Below, piece after piece: positions 6,839 through 10,108 of a stretch of 10,108 nucleotides of DNA (position 1 is the first letter of the stretch; the number at the start of each line of letters is the position of its first letter). Below the pieces are notes generated by a model that had not been told where the DNA came from, did no database searches, and saw nothing but the letters and a program-made list of their open reading frames with translations. The position numbers and the translations under genes are program-made. The DNA comes from Vulcanimicrobiaceae bacterium (GTDB taxonomy: Bacteria; Vulcanimicrobiota; Vulcanimicrobiia; Vulcanimicrobiales; Vulcanimicrobiaceae): positions 11,798 to 21,905 of the forward strand of contig JBHEMM010000032.1 in NCBI GenBank assembly GCA_046262595.1. The letters are read 5' to 3'.

Positions 6839-6857
6839 GGAAAAAGCCACAATCTTC

Positions 6858-7424
6858 ATGGGAGTGCCGCGGAAGCCGATCGAACCGCCGACGCCCGAGC
6901 AAGCCGCTTTTTTGGAGGCGGCGATCGAGCAGTACGGCAAGGCAACCTACAACTTTGCCTACCGTCTCACGCACAATGAGGCGGACGCCCGCGACCTCAC
7001 CCAGGAGGCGTTTATTCGCGTATACCGCGCGTGGCGCAGCTTCGTCCCCGGTACGTCGTTCCTGTCCTGGATCTACCGGATCGTTACAAATCTCTACCGG
7101 GACGAACTTCGGCGCCGAAAAGGACGTTATCAGGAAGAGATCCCCGAGGACAACGCGCCGCAGGATTTCGGCGGGGAGCGCCCGCTGGCCGTAAATCCGG
7201 TGGACGCGTACGTCGAAGGGCAGTTGAGCGAACCGCTCGCGCGTTCGCTCGAACAGCTCTCGGCGGATCAGCGGCAAGTCATCGTGCTGGCGGATATCGA
7301 GGAGTATAGCTACCAGGAAATTGCGGAGATCATGGGGTGTTCCATCGGAACGGTGCGTTCCCGGCTCCACCGCGCAAGAGCGTTGCTACGTCGGTTAATA
7401 CAGAAACAACAACAAGAACAATAA
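6858..7424 (+). CDS. ECF RNA polymerase sigma-70 factor
   Basis: Region 2 DARDLTQEAFIRVY...SWIYRIVTN; region 4 SYQEIAEIMGCSIGTVRSRLHRAR. ATG 6858 gives a typical ECF size (188 aa) and lies downstream of the predicted promoter. Confidence 0.96.
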   Translation: MGVPRKPIEPPTPEQAAFLEAAIEQYGKATYNFAYRLTHNEADARDLTQEAFIRVYRAWRSFVPGTSFLSWIYRIVTNLYRDELRRRKGRYQEEIPEDNAPQDFGGERPLAVNPVDAYVEGQLSEPLARSLEQLSADQRQVIVLADIEEYSYQEIAEIMGCSIGTVRSRLHRARALLRRLIQKQQQEQ

Positions 7425-7942
7425 TGATACATTTAACAAACGACACCTTACTCGACTACCTTCACGGTGCGCTGGCGCCCGCCGAGGACGCTGCCGTCTT
7501 CTCGCACATGGAGCTGTGCGAGGCGTGCCGGCGCGAACACGACGCCGAAGTCGCGCTCGGCGAAGCGCTGCGCTCACACGCCGCGCAAACCGAACGGGAA
7601 ATGCCCGCAATGCTGAAGGCCGCGATTTGGAGCGAGATCCGCGCGGCGCAGCCCTCGCGTTGGAGCCGGTTCGCCGCATCCTTGCGCCCGGCGATCGCGT
7701 TGCCGCTCGCTGCAGCGGTTGCCCTTGCGGTGTACTTCGGTTCCGGCTCGCTCCACGGCACGTCGGCGCCGCAGATCGAGGCCGCATACTATCTGCAGGA
7801 TCACGCAGCGCTGAACGGCACGGTGCCGTTCAGCGACCACAACGCTACGCCGGCCGATATGGAAGCTTCCGCCGGTTTAGACTCGCAAACGTCAATCGCG
7901 ATCGAAGCGGCTTCGTATACGGCGGATGCCGCGCACCGCTAA
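7424..7942 (+). CDS. Zinc-binding (ZAS / zf-HC2) transmembrane anti-sigma factor
   Basis: ATG overlaps the sigma stop (TAATG); N-terminal His3 plus HMELCEAC (Hx3Cx2C); TM helix IALPLAAAVALAVYF; extracytoplasmic tail containing YYLQDH. Confidence 0.92.
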   Translation: MIHLTNDTLLDYLHGALAPAEDAAVFSHMELCEACRREHDAEVALGEALRSHAAQTEREMPAMLKAAIWSEIRAAQPSRWSRFAASLRPAIALPLAAAVALAVYFGSGSLHGTSAPQIEAAYYLQDHAALNGTVPFSDHNATPADMEASAGLDSQTSIAIEAASYTADAAHR

Positions 7943-8954
7943 GCGGGCACTGAGCGCGTTAGCCGCGGCGCTCTTCTTAGCGCCTGCCGCTTCCGTGCAT
8001 GCGCAGCAAGATCCCTCGCAGCTCCTGCGCGATGCGGTCACGGCATATTCGAGGACCTCGTACATCGGCGAAGTGCAGAACGTGGACTTTGGCAACAAAC
8101 GCGCCGACGCGGTCATTTTCCGCATCGAGCACCGCGCTCCGAACATCACGCGCCGCTGGTATTTGGCGCCGGAGTCACTGTACGGCGATTCGATTATCTC
8201 GCAGGGCGACACCAGCTACGACATCGACACACACGGGAAGCGCATTGTCGTCACCAAAGACGATGCGCTTGACGATCAGGTGGCGCAGGACGAGAACTTC
8301 GGGCTGCTGCTGCACAATTACAACGCCGTCTTTGCGCCGGACGACAATATCGCCGGGCGCCGCAGCCTTTCCGTGCTGCTGGTCAACAAGTACACCGGCC
8401 AAACCGTCATGCGCATCTCAGTCGATGCGCAAACCAAACTCGTGCTTCAAAAAGCGCGCTACTCGTCCACCGGGGCGGTCTCCCACCAGATGCGTTTCGA
8501 GCAGATCCGCTACACGGATGCGCTGCCCAAGCAGCTCTTTCAAATTCCGGGCGGCCTGCCGCGCGTGAACGGACCGACGCACGGAATCTCCTCGAGTGAC
8601 TTGCCGTCCGTCGTGCGTACCGCCGGCTTTCAAGCGCTGGGTCCGAAGTATCTTCCGGAAGGCTTCCTGCCCATCGCCGGTGACGTGAGCGAGATCAAGG
8701 GCGTACGCACGCTGCACTTGCTGTATTCGGACGGACTGCGCACCGTCTCGCTGTTCGAGAACGCGCGCGGCGCCGCTGTGGATATGAGCAAATATGCCAC
8801 GCACGATACGATGGTCCGTTCGCATACCGCGCAGTACGTCGAAGACGGCCCGACGACGCTTTTGGCGTTTGCCGACGGCGATCTGCACATCGCTCTGGTG
8901 GGCGAACTCACGCGCGAGGAGCTCGTGCGGATCGCCTCCTCCGTCGGTCCTTAG
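7926..8954 (+). CDS. RseB/MucB-like extracytoplasmic sigma regulator (LolA-like fold)
   Basis: Signal peptide ending [40 protein letters not shown] and LVGEL resemble RseB/MucB motifs; follows sigma and anti-sigma with a 17-nt overlap. Confidence 0.88.
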   Translation: MPRTAKRALSALAAALFLAPAASVHAQQDPSQLLRDAVTAYSRTSYIGEVQNVDFGNKRADAVIFRIEHRAPNITRRWYLAPESLYGDSIISQGDTSYDIDTHGKRIVVTKDDALDDQVAQDENFGLLLHNYNAVFAPDDNIAGRRSLSVLLVNKYTGQTVMRISVDAQTKLVLQKARYSSTGAVSHQMRFEQIRYTDALPKQLFQIPGGLPRVNGPTHGISSSDLPSVVRTAGFQALGPKYLPEGFLPIAGDVSEIKGVRTLHLLYSDGLRTVSLFENARGAAVDMSKYATHDTMVRSHTAQYVEDGPTTLLAFADGDLHIALVGELTREELVRIASSVGP

Positions 8955-9949
8955 AAAAGCGTCTTAAGCAGCTCAGCCTGCGGCTCGGGGATCGCGGCGG
9001 CTGCGGCGCCGCTGGCAGCCATTCGCTGTGCGTCACTTGCATTTGCAATCAGCGCGATCGATTGCGCGATAGCACGCGTGTCGTAGCCGCCTTCAAGGAC
9101 GTACGCCACGCGCCCCTGACAGAACTCGGCGGCAACACCGTTGATAATCGCCGCCAATGCGCCGGCCGCGCTCACGTCAACCCCCAAATCGCCGACCGGA
9201 TCGCCGGCTGCGTAATCGAAGCCGGCGCTGATGAGCAGCATGTCCGGTTTTACGCGGCGCGCGACGCGCGGCAGCAGCGTTTCCCAAACCGCCAGAAACG
9301 CTTCGGTGCCGAAACGGTGGGCCGGAAGCGGAATATTGGCAATAACGTCGGCACCGCGCTCCTCGTTTTCCAGCGCGCTGCCGGTGCCGGGATACGCCGG
9401 AAAAGCATGCGTTGAGACGTACGAGAGCCCGCCCCCGCTGACGGCTTGCGTGCCGTTGCCATGATGGTAGTCAAAGTCAGCAATCAGGCAGCGCGCACCG
9501 GTTTGCGCCTGAATCGCACGTGCGGCAATCGCAATGTTGTTGAAGACGCAGAAACCCATGCCGCGGCGCGATTCCGCGTGATGGCCCGGCGGCCGTACGA
9601 GCGCGAACGCAGGGCGGTGCTGCGCGTATGCGCGTTCCGCCGCGACCACGGCACCGCCGGCCGCGCGCAAGGCGACGCGGAGCGATCGTTCGTCGACCAG
9701 CGTGTCGCCCGTGCTCAGATAGCCGGCGCGGCCTTTGAGTGCGGCGACTTCACCGCGCACCAGTTCGAGATAGGCGCCGGCATGAACACGCTCGACCTCG
9801 GCGACGCTCGCATCACGCGCCGCGGCGCGATCGCCGAACAAGCCGCGTGCGGATAAAAAAGCCGCCGAATCGGTAACCCGATCCGGCGACTCAGGGTGCG
9901 GTACCGCTTGCAGATGGCCGCCGTACAGTTCGTCGTAGACGATCAGCAT
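8951..9949 (-). CDS. Zn-dependent histone deacetylase family protein (class II-like deacylase)
   Basis: [50 protein letters not shown]. Confidence 0.96.
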   Translation of the reverse strand: MLIVYDELYGGHLQAVPHPESPDRVTDSAAFLSARGLFGDRAAARDASVAEVERVHAGAYLELVRGEVAALKGRAGYLSTGDTLVDERSLRVALRAAGGAVVAAERAYAQHRPAFALVRPPGHHAESRRGMGFCVFNNIAIAARAIQAQTGARCLIADFDYHHGNGTQAVSGGGLSYVSTHAFPAYPGTGSALENEERGADVIANIPLPAHRFGTEAFLAVWETLLPRVARRVKPDMLLISAGFDYAAGDPVGDLGVDVSAAGALAAIINGVAAEFCQGRVAYVLEGGYDTRAIAQSIALIANASDAQRMAASGAAAAAIPEPQAELLKTLF

Positions 9950-9958
9950 CGCGGAGCC

Positions 9959-10108
9959 TTATGCGTGCTTGATCTTTTTCGCCGGTGCGGGCTTTGCCGA
10001 GAGCATTGCCACGCGCTTTTGAATGTCGTGATACGTCTTCGTGCCGGGCTTCATCAGTTTGAGCAGACGTTTGAAGGCGTCGGCAGCAAGGCCGTTCTGG
10101 TTGAGGTG
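9959..10108 (-). CDS. 3' end of an upstream gene (helical, possibly TPR-type protein), 5'-partial
   Basis: Open frame from the window edge: HLNQNGLAADAFKRLLKLMKPGTKTYHDIQKRVAMLSAKPAPAKKIKHA*, TAA at 9961-9959, 9 nt before the deacetylase ATG. The TPR resemblance (A..AF..LL.L.P) is weak. Confidence 0.65.
   Translation of the reverse strand, partial: HLNQNGLAADAFKRLLKLMKPGTKTYHDIQKRVAMLSAKPAPAKKIKHA

Noticed and set aside
6750..6857. Longer TTG start for the sigma factor
   Set aside because: It would cover the predicted promoter and adds 36 residues with no sigma-like features.
6647..6857. tRNA, riboswitch, intrinsic terminator or CRISPR in the only sizeable intergenic region
   Set aside because: No cloverleaf, spaced repeats or riboswitch consensus that I recognise, and the hairpins lack an adjacent U-tract on the + strand. 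An Rfam scan would be needed to exclude a family properly.
6663..7370. 235-aa antisense ORF opposite the sigma gene (and similar ones such as 1281..2024, 3825..4400, 8418..8888)
   Set aside because: Shadow ORFs expected from high-GC codon bias; no recognisable motifs.
7337..7423. Longer start for the anti-sigma factor
   Set aside because: It lies inside the sigma gene; the TAATG-coupled ATG at 7424 puts the ZAS His at the expected N-terminal position.
7399..7450. Low-GC patch with CAA repeats at the sigma/anti-sigma junction
   Set aside because: It encodes a short Gln-rich tail and probably keeps the coupled start unstructured; too short to indicate foreign DNA or a functional repeat.

Overview
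GC-rich, very compact bacterial region made of four gene blocks; I recognised no RNA genes, mobile elements or CRISPR arrays. (1) A + strand copper/envelope cluster: 5'-truncated three-domain multicopper oxidase, ADP-heptose epimerase (hldD/rfaD), an uncharacterised His-motif membrane-anchored protein and two different SCO-family proteins. (2) A - strand coupled trio: two paralogous HprK-related P-loop kinases and a small membrane protein, with none of the PqqD/lasso/PTS partners such kinases usually have inside this transcription unit. (3) Divergent from it, an ECF sigma factor / zinc-binding membrane anti-sigma / RseB-MucB-like operon preceded by an exact GGAAT-N18-GTT promoter motif. (4) A - strand histone-deacetylase-family gene and the 3' end of an upstream gene. 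The best candidates for something undescribed are the kinase pair (one lacks the conserved His), its odd leader (second SD + out-of-frame ATG across a G6 tract), the mosaic sigma/anti-sigma/RseB module, and the His-motif protein with two SCOs. All assignments come from motif recognition by eye; no database search was run.
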